Part shown: positions 35,477 through 45,852 of the stretch, one piece after another
Position numbering within the stretch: the stretch's first letter is position 1
Layout: the number at the start of each line of letters is the position of its first letter
Notes under the pieces: model-generated
What the model saw: the letters and a program-made list of their open reading frames with translations, nothing else
What the model was told of the DNA's origin: nothing
Databases searched by the model: none
Assembly: GCA_964582615.1 (NCBI GenBank)
Contig: CAZORP010000004.1
Location: 1,900-65,899 of the forward strand
DNA length: 64,000 nt
Direction: 5' to 3'
From: an uncultured Gammaproteobacteria bacterium
Lineage (GTDB): Bacteria; Patescibacteriota; Patescibacteriia; UBA9934
Program-made: the position numbers and the translations under genes

Positions 35477-38189
35477 GGGGAGTTTTGCAGATATCCACCC
35501 GTTCTTTCGCCCAAAGAGCATCGGGAACAAGATTATGTGAATCTCTTTCAACGAGAAAATGGTCGCTGTAACTTATCGCGGAGGATATTCCAAGGTTCGT
35601 GAAAACTCTTCGTTCGTTGATGAAGAGCGAGAAAACTGCATCCTCGGAAATTCTCAGAGGAGTATCGTTCCAAGTAACTGCAAAGCTCGCAAGGGCTCCG
35701 TCTTCGTTTAGTTGTTCTGCAAAGAGCTTTACGATAACTTCAGGGTGAAGGGGGTTGTCAAATTTGTCTTCATATTCTTGGCGAGCTCGTTCGAGAATGG
35801 GAATCCAAAAAGAAGGTGTAAGAGTTTGCACGGCTTTATTGAGAGTTACGGTGAGCGTGACCTTTTCAAGGTATACCGAACGATCAACATGGAGAATCTT
35901 TTCCCCCTCTTGGTACTCTCGACGCTGGTCGGTAAGGTGTCCGTGGTATACAAAGCCTGAAAATGTCATATCAAGCCCATCAACAATCTGTGCATCATAG
36001 GGTTTGGCAAGAAGTGCGTCTTTGGCGATTTCCTGCACGCTCCGTTCTCCTGCGCGAAGTGTTACCATAAGTACAGCATCTGCTGGACTCTGAGTATTCT
36101 GTTGGTGTTTTGGTTGTGATTCTTGAGATTCTTGAGATTCTTGAGATTCTTCGGAATCCTTAGAAAATGTTTGATGAGCGCTTTCGCACAACTCATCATA
36201 AAAAGGTAGAAGGATATCTTCGTTTTGTGTAGCAATATTAAGAATTCCTCCCATGAGAACTCCACTAAAGAGGTAGGGGTGTTGTCGGATGAGGGAGAGG
36301 ACTTGTGTAATGCGCGCTGAGGTGTTCGAGTATTTTCCCGTGTCAAACCTTCCGTCTTGAGGAGATCGGATTAATTCTTGTCTAGCGATGATTTCTACGG
36401 CGCTGGATAGACTTGGTGTATCCGGAAGATTTTTAAGACTCGGATTGCTATGTGTAGCGGTGAAGAAATTCATTGCCGCTGGCCAACTTGGTATGCGTTT
36501 GACATTAGGCGTGAATGCATTGGGTGCTAATAAAAAATCCTCAGCAACTAGATTCTCAAGGTTACAGTCTCGAGAGCCTTTATGTGCCCTTGAGAAGATG
36601 ATTTTGTGATGAGGGTCGGGTTTCCATGGAGAAATTTGCGTTCCATCAACGACGTAATATAAGGGCTTTTCTTTATATCTGGTAACTCGAGCTATATTGC
36701 GTATATGACCAACGGTGCTTAATAAAGCTCCGGGATGGATGCTTTTCTCTTGAAAGAGAAAGATCCTCGGCTTTTCTAGCTGGGTGGGGTTAATTGGGGA
36801 CTCGTCAATGCTTGTGAGAGAGGATTTTTCCAGGATAAGCGTGAAGATGTAAGGAAGGCTATCGAGCTCTTGAAGGCGCTTAAAGATAACCACAATCGCC
36901 TCTGCCTTCGCTGAGCAATTTCCAAGAAAAGGAGGTGTCGCAAGGGACTCCCATTCATAAAACCGCTCAGGTGTTTTTTGATAACTCACTTTCCGAAGTT
37001 GCGTCAGAAGCTCCTGGTAGAGGGGGTATTTTTCAGCGGCAAGCGACTCTGAATAGTAGCCACGTTCTTTGTGAAAGATATCTAAAAAAACTTGAAGGAC
37101 ATTTTTTGGGTCTTGTTCATGGCGTGCCGTTTCGGATACTCGTTCAATCCAACCCGAGAAAGTTACTTGAATATAGTCGCTTGCTAATTGTTCTTTCAGT
37201 GAAATTTTACGGTCGAATGAGCTTGAAGGGGGAATTCCAATCCGTTGATGGGGTTTAATAGATTCAGGGAACTCGGGAGAGTTTCCGTATACAAAATAGA
37301 TAAGGGGTGAGTGTGCAACAGTGCTCCTTTTGAAATAATTCAAAAAATAAAGAGATTTTTTTAAAACTTCGTGCACGCGGTCGGGTTTTTGATCGCTGGG
37401 GGTGCTTTGAAGCTCTTGTATGATTGATCGTTCTAGACGGAGAAGTATTGAGAACATCATTGCGTTGAGCGGTTTATATGACAGTTGCATCTCGCTGAGG
37501 ATATAGATACATGTGTTCGCGAGTTCATGCTCGGGGTCAACTCCCCAGAGACCTTCTCTCAGGAAGTTACTCAAGGATTGTAGGAATTCCACACTTTCCT
37601 CTTCCTCCTCTTCGTTGAAGTGGGTATTTAGGTCAGTAATTTTAGACGCAAAGATTTCTTCACTACTCAAGATTCCTATGCGTTCTGAGGAGAAAAGTTC
37701 TTGAAAAACCTTTCTCATTTCCAGAAAACATTCAAGAATGTGTTTCGGTTGTTGGTGTTTTTGAAAAAACTCCTCAAGAGCGATGAGTTTCTTTAAAAAC
37801 AAAATAAACTCATTTTTACCAACTTCCGTTGACGGAAGTAGATGATAGCCTTTTCCCGTTACTTGCTCAGTAGCAGGATGTGATAGTGAGAGATAGTTGA
37901 TCATTTGCTCAATGTCTTCACGCTTTTCGCGAATTCCCTCGAGTAATCTTTCAAAAATCCTACGTCCACGAACATCAGGAATAACGTCATCGGGTGATGA
38001 TGGTTTTTCTCGAAAAAGCTTTGGTGCGTGGGGGAGAGTAGGGGCTTCGTGCTCCTTGGTAAGACGAGGTTCTTGCGTGGGTGATATTGGAGATCCCGAG
38101 ACGATGGCGGAAGGTTCGTGGGGAAGTAGTGGGCCTTCGTTGGCGGCATTCGGTGTTGGCTCCCGACGTTCCCATGCGTTTGGCTTCAT
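35400..38189 (-). CDS. large cytoplasmic hypothetical protein (929 aa) with SQE tandem repeat
   Basis: Long ORF, no motif recognised; SQESQESQESQ encoded by a 9-nt tandem repeat; 3' end overlaps the LCP gene convergently by 77 nt. Confidence 0.5.
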   Translation of the reverse strand: MKPNAWERREPTPNAANEGPLLPHEPSAIVSGSPISPTQEPRLTKEHEAPTLPHAPKLFREKPSSPDDVIPDVRGRRIFERLLEGIREKREDIEQMINYLSLSHPATEQVTGKGYHLLPSTEVGKNEFILFLKKLIALEEFFQKHQQPKHILECFLEMRKVFQELFSSERIGILSSEEIFASKITDLNTHFNEEEEEESVEFLQSLSNFLREGLWGVDPEHELANTCIYILSEMQLSYKPLNAMMFSILLRLERSIIQELQSTPSDQKPDRVHEVLKKSLYFLNYFKRSTVAHSPLIYFVYGNSPEFPESIKPHQRIGIPPSSSFDRKISLKEQLASDYIQVTFSGWIERVSETARHEQDPKNVLQVFLDIFHKERGYYSESLAAEKYPLYQELLTQLRKVSYQKTPERFYEWESLATPPFLGNCSAKAEAIVVIFKRLQELDSLPYIFTLILEKSSLTSIDESPINPTQLEKPRIFLFQEKSIHPGALLSTVGHIRNIARVTRYKEKPLYYVVDGTQISPWKPDPHHKIIFSRAHKGSRDCNLENLVAEDFLLAPNAFTPNVKRIPSWPAAMNFFTATHSNPSLKNLPDTPSLSSAVEIIARQELIRSPQDGRFDTGKYSNTSARITQVLSLIRQHPYLFSGVLMGGILNIATQNEDILLPFYDELCESAHQTFSKDSEESQESQESQESQPKHQQNTQSPADAVLMVTLRAGERSVQEIAKDALLAKPYDAQIVDGLDMTFSGFVYHGHLTDQRREYQEGEKILHVDRSVYLEKVTLTVTLNKAVQTLTPSFWIPILERARQEYEDKFDNPLHPEVIVKLFAEQLNEDGALASFAVTWNDTPLRISEDAVFSLFINERRVFTNLGISSAISYSDHFLVERDSHNLVPDALWAKERVDICKTPPTPLPSAWALPESAPWIAPLCLPRE
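36112..36152. repeat. 9-nt tandem repeat (gattcttga x about 4)
   Basis: Direct tandem copies visible; encodes the SQE repeats on the minus strand. Confidence 0.7.
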
Positions 38190-38207
38190 AGATTGTGAAA
38201 GTATAAT

Positions 38208-38240
38208 ACAAAAACACTCTCACGAAGGAGAGTGTTTTTT
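38208..38240. terminator. bidirectional terminator downstream of rpmB
   Basis: aaaacactctc-acgaagg-agagtgtttttt. Confidence 0.6.
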
Positions 38241-38241
38241 C

Positions 38242-38475
38242 TTACTTCACAAGGAAGTTGCGAAGATCGATCTTCTTGCCTTCCGCAAGCCACTTGTTGA
38301 GGGTGCGAATGGCACGACCGGTTACCATGAGCGTCATGGAAGTTCCCGTTGCAGGATTTGTAAGAGTTTTCTTCTGCAAATTGGGCATTTGGCGACGCTT
38401 GGTTTTGCGGTTGGAGTGGGAAACGTTGTTTCCTACCAATGGGCGCTTTCCTGTAATTGCGCAAACTTGAGCCAT
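38242..38475 (-). CDS. rpmB: 50S ribosomal protein L28
   Basis: [33 protein letters not shown]; 77 aa; start at an internal Met of a longer ORF. Confidence 0.8.
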   Translation of the reverse strand: MAQVCAITGKRPLVGNNVSHSNRKTKRRQMPNLQKKTLTNPATGTSMTLMVTGRAIRTLNKWLAEGKKIDLRNFLVK

Positions 38476-38569
38476 AAAAGAAAAATAAGAACGGGAGAAG
38501 TGTACACGAGGGGGCATTTTTTTGCAAGGGGGATGGAGAAAAACGAATATCTGTGTATACTGGCGCAGT

Positions 38570-39253
38570 ATGAAACTCACCCCATCGCAACAAAGACTGC
38601 TTGTGCATTTGCAAAAACGTAAAGAACGGGAGCGATTGCAAATGTGCATTATTGAAGGCGAGAAATTCGTTCGCGATGCTCGTGATTTTGTTGAATTTAC
38701 CTTTACCGAGCGCGATACCCCCGTTTTTCGCGAAGTTATTTCCACCGATAGCCCTCAGCGCATTGCCGCAGTTGCTCGTGTTCCTGCATGGAAGCCTGAA
38801 GAGGTTTTTCGCGCTAGAACGGTACTCATCCTTGATGGCGTTCAAGATCCGGGAAATGTGGGGACGCTTTTCCGTCTTGCCCTTGCATTTGATGCGGCAC
38901 TTGTACTTGTTGAGTCCGCTGAGGTAACCAATCCAAAAACCGTTCGTGCATCTGCTGGTGCGGTATTCTCGGTTCCATGGATGAGCGTTGATAGGGATGA
39001 CGTTGAGGGATTGGTGACTGAGGTCGGTTGGCCTGTGTATCGTTTGGAGTTGCGTTCAGGTGCATGCGCTCCTCGTGACTTGCCAGATGCTCCTCTTATG
39101 CTTCTTGTGGGAAATGAGGGTCAGGGTATTCGCTTGCGACTTGGTCAGCACGCAGTTGCTATTGCGCATAATCCGCAACTAGAGTCTCTAAATGTTGCCG
39201 TTGCTACGGGAATCATTCTTTATGAGCGAGGATCGGGTGAATATGAGCGATAA
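38570..39253 (+). CDS. TrmH/SpoU-family RNA 2'-O-methyltransferase
   Basis: [37 protein letters not shown]. Confidence 0.7.
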   Translation: MKLTPSQQRLLVHLQKRKERERLQMCIIEGEKFVRDARDFVEFTFTERDTPVFREVISTDSPQRIAAVARVPAWKPEEVFRARTVLILDGVQDPGNVGTLFRLALAFDAALVLVESAEVTNPKTVRASAGAVFSVPWMSVDRDDVEGLVTEVGWPVYRLELRSGACAPRDLPDAPLMLLVGNEGQGIRLRLGQHAVAIAHNPQLESLNVAVATGIILYERGSGEYER

Positions 39254-40031
39254 AAAGATTATTCAGTTTCCTGGATCTCGAAAACCACCAACGAGAGAAG
39301 CTGGCGGCGGGGAACTTGTTCGCATGCCTTCTCCGGGTGACGTTGCTGATCGCTTTGCGGCGCAGGGGGATCGAAGTAATGATTTTTTCTCACTTCGTTA
39401 TCTTGAGCTTCTTGCCTGGATAGCGCAATCTGATATTCATTCCGAGGTGTTTGATAGGCATAACCCTCAACACGTCGCGGAATACGGGGCACATTCACCG
39501 CAACAGCGAAGGGAGCTTTTTTTCTCGGCTTCAAGGGAAGATGTGGTGAAAAATCCCGCCTTCTATGCTTTTCTTGTAGACGATGTTTTGAAAATGGAGC
39601 CCGACGCTCTAAACCCAGCTCCGGTACAAAGTTTGAGTCGGGATGATGCTCGTCCCGCAGCAGCACCTAATCCGCCTTACGACCTGTCGGGGTTAACACG
39701 AGTGGTGTTGCCGACGATTCTTACTATAGAACCAGAGCAGTCCGGGCGCGCGCCGCACAGAAGAGAGAATGGGGAATTTCGCGCGGCTCAGCGCGAAAAG
39801 TTTGGGATTGCGCATACAAAAGCTGAATGGGTCTTTTATGCTACAAATGCAATTCTTGCGGGTGTTGAGGTGCTTCCTTCGACAGAGAAAGAAATGCGTC
39901 GTCGTGTTAATCTTTTGTCCGATGATGAGTGCCGTGCAAGCTTCTTGAGTGAAATTTCTGCATTAGAACTTGATGCAAATCCGGTGTTTTGGAATATTCT
40001 TGCTCAGCGAGTTTTAAACTCTGAATCGTAG
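39243..40031 (+). CDS. hypothetical protein
   Basis: ORF; start set at MSDKKIIQF; overlaps the trmH-family stop by 11 nt. Confidence 0.4.
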   Translation: MSDKKIIQFPGSRKPPTREAGGGELVRMPSPGDVADRFAAQGDRSNDFFSLRYLELLAWIAQSDIHSEVFDRHNPQHVAEYGAHSPQQRRELFFSASREDVVKNPAFYAFLVDDVLKMEPDALNPAPVQSLSRDDARPAAAPNPPYDLSGLTRVVLPTILTIEPEQSGRAPHRRENGEFRAAQREKFGIAHTKAEWVFYATNAILAGVEVLPSTEKEMRRRVNLLSDDECRASFLSEISALELDANPVFWNILAQRVLNSES

Positions 40032-40038
40032 GCTTTTT

Positions 40039-41208
40039 ATGTTCCATGTTCATACAGCAAAGGGAAGTGCTCGACGCGCAACGCTCACCACGCCATCGGG
40101 CGAAGTTCAAACTCCAGTTTTCATGCCCATTGCAACGGTTGGCGCCATTAAAACGCTCTTTGCTGATGAGGTTGCAACACTTGGGGCTTCAATTATTCTT
40201 GGCAATACCTACCACTTACTTCTTCGTCCTGGGCAAGATCTTCTTGAAGAAGTCGGTGGCATAAAACCGCTCATGGGATGGCACGGACCCATGCTTACCG
40301 ATAGTGGGGGGTATCAGGTGTTTAGCTTGGCCCAACTTACAAAGACTACCGAAGAGGGGGTTACCTTTCAGTCGCATCTTGATGGATCACCAATCTCCTT
40401 GACTCCAGAAAATTCACTCGCTATGCAGGCGGCAATAGGCTCTGATATCCGCATGCAGTTTGACGACGTTGCCGCGGGAACTTCTCGGCGAGATCGATAC
40501 GAAGAAGCCATGGAGCGTTCGCTACGATGGGCGAAGCGTTCGAAAGAATCTTTTGTCGCAACGCTCGCGAAGCAGGGATTGTCACTTGAGAGCGCCCAAC
40601 GTCCGCAAATGTTTGGCATTGTGCAGGGTGGAACGCACGAAGACTTGCGCCACCGCTCGGCTATGGGGCTTCGTGAGCTTGGGTGTGATGGTTATGCTAT
40701 TGGGGGGCTTTCCGTGGGGGAGTCTCGCGACGACGCTTTTCGTATTGCACGAAGAACGGTGTTTGATCTTCCTGAAGATAAGCCAAGATATTTTATGGGC
40801 GGAGGAATGCCCGAAGAAATCGTGTACTACGTTTCTGTGGGTATCGATATGTTTGACTGCGTGCTTCCCACAAGAAACGCTCGCCATGGACAAGTATTTC
40901 TCTGGAAGGGTGAGCCTCGTGCGTGCGTGCGAGAGGCATTTGCGCGCGCTTGTGAGGGGGCGTCTGATGACCGTATCCGCGAGGCTCTTTATGAAAAGGC
41001 TCATGTTACCAATGAGCGTTTTGCGCGAGACATGTCGCCTCTTGATGCGTATAGCGACTGCACAGCTTCGCTCATGACTTCAAAGGCTTATCTTCGTCAT
41101 CTTTTTAGAACAGGGGAAGTCCTTGGACTTCGTATCGCAACAATGCAAAATCTCCGATTCTATCTCCGTCTCATGGAAGAGTTGCGCGCACTCATTGAAG
41201 AGAAGTAG
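40039..41208 (+). CDS. tgt: queuine tRNA-ribosyltransferase
   Basis: LTDSGGYQV, zinc site C.LPTRNARHG, GGLSVGE. Confidence 0.85.
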   Translation: MFHVHTAKGSARRATLTTPSGEVQTPVFMPIATVGAIKTLFADEVATLGASIILGNTYHLLLRPGQDLLEEVGGIKPLMGWHGPMLTDSGGYQVFSLAQLTKTTEEGVTFQSHLDGSPISLTPENSLAMQAAIGSDIRMQFDDVAAGTSRRDRYEEAMERSLRWAKRSKESFVATLAKQGLSLESAQRPQMFGIVQGGTHEDLRHRSAMGLRELGCDGYAIGGLSVGESRDDAFRIARRTVFDLPEDKPRYFMGGGMPEEIVYYVSVGIDMFDCVLPTRNARHGQVFLWKGEPRACVREAFARACEGASDDRIREALYEKAHVTNERFARDMSPLDAYSDCTASLMTSKAYLRHLFRTGEVLGLRIATMQNLRFYLRLMEELRALIEEK

Positions 41209-41591
41209 TGCTATACTGGTGCCATATGGCTATGGGGGAGCTCTCGCTTGCAATCATCACGCTTATTGCGCGTGATGTGGTTGCATTTCCGGTTTGGTGG
41301 TACACGCAAGGTTTTGTTTTATGGAGTGATGTAGTGTGGCGAGAAATTCGTCACGCTGGTGTTGTGCTTGATGTGGGTATTTGGTTGAGGAATCTTTTTG
41401 TTCCCATGTACGGCGTGCGTGATATTGCAGGAAGAGTCATGAGTTTTGTTATGCGTCTCATGCAGATTATTGCAAGATCACTTGCGTATGGCGTTGTGCT
41501 CATGATTGGCGCTGGGGCGCTTCTTGTCTACCTCCTTCTTCCAATTGCGCTTCTTGGTGGCGTGGGCGTTATTGTTCAATTCATGCTATGA
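41208..41591 (+). CDS. small membrane protein of unknown function
   Basis: 127 aa, 3 hydrophobic helices; 4-nt overlap with the downstream Clp-like gene. Confidence 0.35.
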   Translation: MLYWCHMAMGELSLAIITLIARDVVAFPVWWYTQGFVLWSDVVWREIRHAGVVLDVGIWLRNLFVPMYGVRDIAGRVMSFVMRLMQIIARSLAYGVVLMIGAGALLVYLLLPIALLGGVGVIVQFML

Positions 41592-44206
41592 GTTCCACGC
41601 CTCCACTTTCACGTCCGGTGTTCATGATTGGATCGCATGGATATCATGCCGATCTTTCATTTTCTCAAAACGCCATTGCAAACCAGCGACTTCAAGCAAA
41701 AGCGCGAGCCATTCTTGCACAGCTTGCATTTGGTTTTGCCGCTTTTTTGGCAGTTGGATCTTTTGCTACACTCGTGCTAACAAAAGCAAGATTTGGTGCT
41801 GAAGATGCGCTTCTGCCTTCGCTTCTTGGACTTTGTTGTTCTGGAGTGGTGTGGTGCTATGCCGCGTACCGTCGCGTTGTTCGTGAGGATGTTGTTCGTG
41901 CATTTGTATATCCTCGAGATATTCGCACTCCCGAGCGAACCATGGGTATCGCATCCTCTGCGTTTACTCCGCTTTGGAATGTGACTTCACATGAAGCTCG
42001 TGATGTTTTATATGACGCCTACCTTCTTGCATGTCGTATGCGCGTTGGAAATATCTCTGTACTTCATGTTTTTGGCATTTCATGTGGATCGTTTGATGTC
42101 CGCATGCTTTTTGCTCGACTGGGAATTTCCTTTGAAACTCTTCAGGATGCATTGCGCCATGCTCTTCAGGAACTTCCTCAGGGTGATATTGCACAGTCGA
42201 ATCACGCTGAGATATGTGAAGTCTTTTGTGATGCAGGCATTCGGGCATGGAATGCGCATAGGCCGTCCATTACACCTCTGGATCTTTTCGCATCCGCACT
42301 TGCGCGATCTTCTCGACTACAGGAGATCTTACTTGATAAGGGCATTACACAAGACTTGGTAAACGCGGGAATTTCTTGGATGGAAACGCAGGCATACTTG
42401 CGACACCGATATGAGGAGCTTCGCAGGGCTTCTGCGCTTCGTCCTGAAAATGCCATGAATCGTGCAATGACTGCTCGAGCAACGCCGCTTCTTGACGCGG
42501 TATGTGAAGATCTTACGCGTCAGGCCGCTTGGGGAGGTCTTGGTATTGCCCTTGAGCGTGACGAAGTATTTGAAAGAATGTTTCGCGCTATTTCGTCAGG
42601 CTCTCGAGCAATTGTTCTTGTGGGGGAGACGGGAGTTGGAAAGATGACGATTCTTGAGGAGCTTGCCGTGCGCATGGTTGAAGATCGGGTTCCTCAAGAG
42701 TTGCAAGATAAGCGTTTGCTGGTTCTTGATATCGTGCGTCTTCTTAGCATTGATGGCGGAGCGCGGTCGAGTGAGCTTTTGTTAAAAATTCTTGAAGAAG
42801 CCGCGGCTTCGGGGAATGTTATTCTCATCATTGAGCGCATTGAAGAATTGCATCGCGGTTCTCGTGATGGCGCTGTAGATCTTCAGGCATTGGTTGCGTC
42901 GGAGATCGATCGTGGATCCCTTTGGCTATTTGGCACCCTCACACCAAAAGCATACAAGGAGTCGTATGAACAATCTGCTCTCGCCGCAAAAACTGCGGTT
43001 ATTTCTCTTGAAGAGCCTTCACTTGCTCAGGCGACTCGAATGATACAGGCAAGATCGCACGGTGTTGAATACGACACGGGAACCATGGCGACGGTTAAAA
43101 CCATTTTACGCTGTGCTGAATTTGGAAAAAAATTCTTTTCTGAGCGTGCTCTTCCGGAGAGTGGACTTCTCCTTCTTAAGGAGGCCGCGCTTCTTGCTAA
43201 GCAACGAGGTACTCATCCTGCATGGATAACGGAAGACGATGTTGCACGCGTCGTTGAGGAAAAGACTCACGTTCCCGTTGCTGCACTTACCAAGGATACT
43301 AACAACCTTCTCCTTCATCTTGAAGATGCTTTGCATGAAAGAGTCATCGGACAAGAAGAAGCTGTCCGTGCGATTTCATCAGCGCTCAGAAGAGCAAGAA
43401 CGACGATGCGTTCTCAGAATCGGCCTATTGCAAACTTCCTATTTCTCGGTCCTACAGGTGTTGGAAAGACTGAGCTCGCAAAAGCAACTGCCGCACTTTT
43501 CTTTTCTCACGAAAAAGCTTTTCTTCGTTTTGATATGTCGGAGTATCAAAATAAAGAGTCGCTTGCTCGACTTATTGGTGCTACGGGATCCGAGGGAATC
43601 CTTACGGAGTCTTTGAGAAAGATGCCGTACGCTTTGGTGTTATTTGATGAACTTGAAAAAGCGCATCCCGACATTCTCAATGTCTTCCTTCAGATTATGG
43701 ACGATGGAAGAATTACTGATGGAACGGGGAGAACGGTTGATTGTACAAATGCAATTCTCATTGCGACATCAAACGCTGGAGCGCAATACATCCAAGATGC
43801 CATTGGACAGCATCTTGATCCTTCGGTGATGAAGGAGCAGCTTATGGAGCGTGAGTTGCGAGCGGTCTATCGTCCTGAATTTTTGAACCGCTTTGACGAC
43901 ATTGTGGTATTTCGACCACTTACCAAAGATGACGTTGTTGCTATCGCATACCTCTCGCTTCGTTCACTTGCTAAACGTCTGGAGGCCCGATATGTAAATT
44001 TAGAGACTACCGATGAGGGGGTCCATGTTTTGGCGGAGCGCGGATATCACCCTCAGTTTGGCGCGCGCCCACTTCGTCGCGTGCTTCAGGATACCCTTGA
44101 AAATGCACTTGCTGACATGTTCCTTCGGGGAGAATTACAGGCTCGAGATGCGGTTGTTCTAGAAAAAGATGGAACATTGCGCATTAAAAAAGCTTCCGCG
44201 CTTTAG
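41588..44206 (+). CDS. ClpA/ClpB-family double-AAA+ ATPase with N-terminal TM anchor
   Basis: Two N-terminal TM helices; two Clp_N-like repeats; D1 Walker A GETGVGKMT with atypical Walker B (IIERIEE); D2 GPTGVGKTELAK, FDELEKAH, RPEFLNRFDDIV; no ClpP-docking IGF loop seen. Confidence 0.75.
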   Translation: MSSTPPLSRPVFMIGSHGYHADLSFSQNAIANQRLQAKARAILAQLAFGFAAFLAVGSFATLVLTKARFGAEDALLPSLLGLCCSGVVWCYAAYRRVVREDVVRAFVYPRDIRTPERTMGIASSAFTPLWNVTSHEARDVLYDAYLLACRMRVGNISVLHVFGISCGSFDVRMLFARLGISFETLQDALRHALQELPQGDIAQSNHAEICEVFCDAGIRAWNAHRPSITPLDLFASALARSSRLQEILLDKGITQDLVNAGISWMETQAYLRHRYEELRRASALRPENAMNRAMTARATPLLDAVCEDLTRQAAWGGLGIALERDEVFERMFRAISSGSRAIVLVGETGVGKMTILEELAVRMVEDRVPQELQDKRLLVLDIVRLLSIDGGARSSELLLKILEEAAASGNVILIIERIEELHRGSRDGAVDLQALVASEIDRGSLWLFGTLTPKAYKESYEQSALAAKTAVISLEEPSLAQATRMIQARSHGVEYDTGTMATVKTILRCAEFGKKFFSERALPESGLLLLKEAALLAKQRGTHPAWITEDDVARVVEEKTHVPVAALTKDTNNLLLHLEDALHERVIGQEEAVRAISSALRRARTTMRSQNRPIANFLFLGPTGVGKTELAKATAALFFSHEKAFLRFDMSEYQNKESLARLIGATGSEGILTESLRKMPYALVLFDELEKAHPDILNVFLQIMDDGRITDGTGRTVDCTNAILIATSNAGAQYIQDAIGQHLDPSVMKEQLMERELRAVYRPEFLNRFDDIVVFRPLTKDDVVAIAYLSLRSLAKRLEARYVNLETTDEGVHVLAERGYHPQFGARPLRRVLQDTLENALADMFLRGELQARDAVVLEKDGTLRIKKASAL

Positions 44207-44242
44207 CTTGACGGAAGGTGCTAGTTTGCTAACGTTTCCCAT

Positions 44243-45268
44243 ATGTCCGTGTTTTTTCTTGGAGCGGTGAGCGCTATAGTTTCTTTGCTGGCAACCGCGG
44301 GAGTGAGGCATCTGGCTATACGATGCAATGCTCTTGATGTACCTGATCCAAAGAAGGGTAAACTGCATCCAGTAGCAACCCCCCTCTGGGGCGGGGTTGG
44401 GCTTTTGCTAGCGTTTGTTGTACTTGTTGCCGGTATTGAGGGTATAGCGGGATTTTTTACGCAAGGAAATCTTGAGCCCTTGGCATTTTGGAGTTTTCTC
44501 TTTGGAATTTTGGTACTACTCCTTGGGGGCATGTTAGATGATGTGGTCACCCTTCCGCCAAAGTACTCCGTCATATTTCCTTTAGGGTCTGCGACTCTTG
44601 TTGCGCTTGGTGGCATGGGTGTTGCGCATGTCACAAATCCGCTGGGCGGAGTTATTCCTGTTATAGCTTGGATTATCCCCGTAATTACTTTTTGCTGGGT
44701 TCTTTGCACGACATATACAACAAAAATTCTTGATGGCGTAGATGGATTGGTTACGGTACTTGGTCTTGTTGGTTCTGGGCTTATTGGCGCTTTAGCACTC
44801 ATGCCGCAGTGGTATCAGCCTGATATCGCATTGTTGTCATGGATGTTTTTTGGGGCATTGCTTGGATTTTTTGTTTGGAATGCGCCTCCCGCGAAAATTT
44901 TTCTTGGGGAAGGTGGGAGTACAGGTATTGGTTTTACCTTGGGGTGCCTTGCAATTATGGGTGGAAGTAAATTTGCTACACTTCTCCTCATTCTCGGATT
45001 TCCCGCTTTAGACATCGCCTATGTCATGTTTTCTCGAATTCAATCTGGGCAATCGCCGTTTCGTGGAGGGGACGGTCGCCATTTCCACTCGGCTCTTCGT
45101 CGACGCGGCTTTACGTCACTGCAGATTTTGTTTATATACGCTGGTGTAGCGCTTTCCTTCGGTTTACTCACACTCATTCTCTCGCCAAAAGAAAAACTCC
45201 TCGCGCTAGGGGTTCTTTTTCTGGGAACACTTTGGACGCTTGTCACATTCCCGAGAACGCGTGCATAA
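44243..45268 (+). CDS. polyprenyl-phosphate N-acetylhexosamine-1-phosphate transferase (MraY/WecA GT4 family)
   Basis: About 10 TM helices; DDVVT; NAPPAKIFLGEGGS motif. Confidence 0.65.
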   Translation: MSVFFLGAVSAIVSLLATAGVRHLAIRCNALDVPDPKKGKLHPVATPLWGGVGLLLAFVVLVAGIEGIAGFFTQGNLEPLAFWSFLFGILVLLLGGMLDDVVTLPPKYSVIFPLGSATLVALGGMGVAHVTNPLGGVIPVIAWIIPVITFCWVLCTTYTTKILDGVDGLVTVLGLVGSGLIGALALMPQWYQPDIALLSWMFFGALLGFFVWNAPPAKIFLGEGGSTGIGFTLGCLAIMGGSKFATLLLILGFPALDIAYVMFSRIQSGQSPFRGGDGRHFHSALRRRGFTSLQILFIYAGVALSFGLLTLILSPKEKLLALGVLFLGTLWTLVTFPRTRA

Positions 45269-45278
45269 TGAAGAAACT

Positions 45279-45737
45279 ATGCGCTTCCGTTTTTATACAA
45301 TTTTTGCCCTTGGAGTATTTGGAATACTTGTAGGTCTTGGTTTTATGACTCACGTTCCTCAGCGAGTCATCTCAATAAACGGTCAGGAGATGACGGTACT
45401 TCTCGCGGATCGTGCCTATACTCAGCGCAAGGGACTTGGGGGATATTCCCTTGAAGAACTTGCTCCACGGGACGGTATGCTTTTTACCTTTTCTTCTCAG
45501 GAAGAGCGCTTCTTTTGGATGAAAAACATGGAATTTCCTTTGGATATTGTATGGATTCGCGAGGGAAGAATTGTGGCTATCGATAGGAATATTCAGCCGC
45601 CACTTACCGAACACACCGATCCAGAAAAGGTAACCTCGGCGCCCCTGAGGGTTGATATGGTTCTTGAGGTTCCTGCGGGAACTCTAGAAAAATATGGTAT
45701 TTCCGAGGGAATGACGCTTATACTTCCCAAAAACTAG
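45279..45737 (+). CDS. DUF192-family protein
   Basis: GLGGYSLEELAPRDGMLF...MKNMEFPLDIVWI pattern; start at an internal Met. Confidence 0.55.
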   Translation: MRFRFYTIFALGVFGILVGLGFMTHVPQRVISINGQEMTVLLADRAYTQRKGLGGYSLEELAPRDGMLFTFSSQEERFFWMKNMEFPLDIVWIREGRIVAIDRNIQPPLTEHTDPEKVTSAPLRVDMVLEVPAGTLEKYGISEGMTLILPKN

Positions 45738-45852
45738 GACTTTTTTCTTGACGAGGGTGTGGGGTTTTGCTAGACTACGTACCGTAAATTCTTAAGGCAT
45801 GGTAAGGGCTTTCAAATGCGATATTCGCTGCCCGATCAGCCAGTTATCTATG

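Noticed and set aside
38186-38845. 219-aa minus-strand ORF spanning the rpmB and trmH region
   Set aside because: Out-of-frame overlap with rpmB and antisense to the TrmH-family gene; low-complexity translation.
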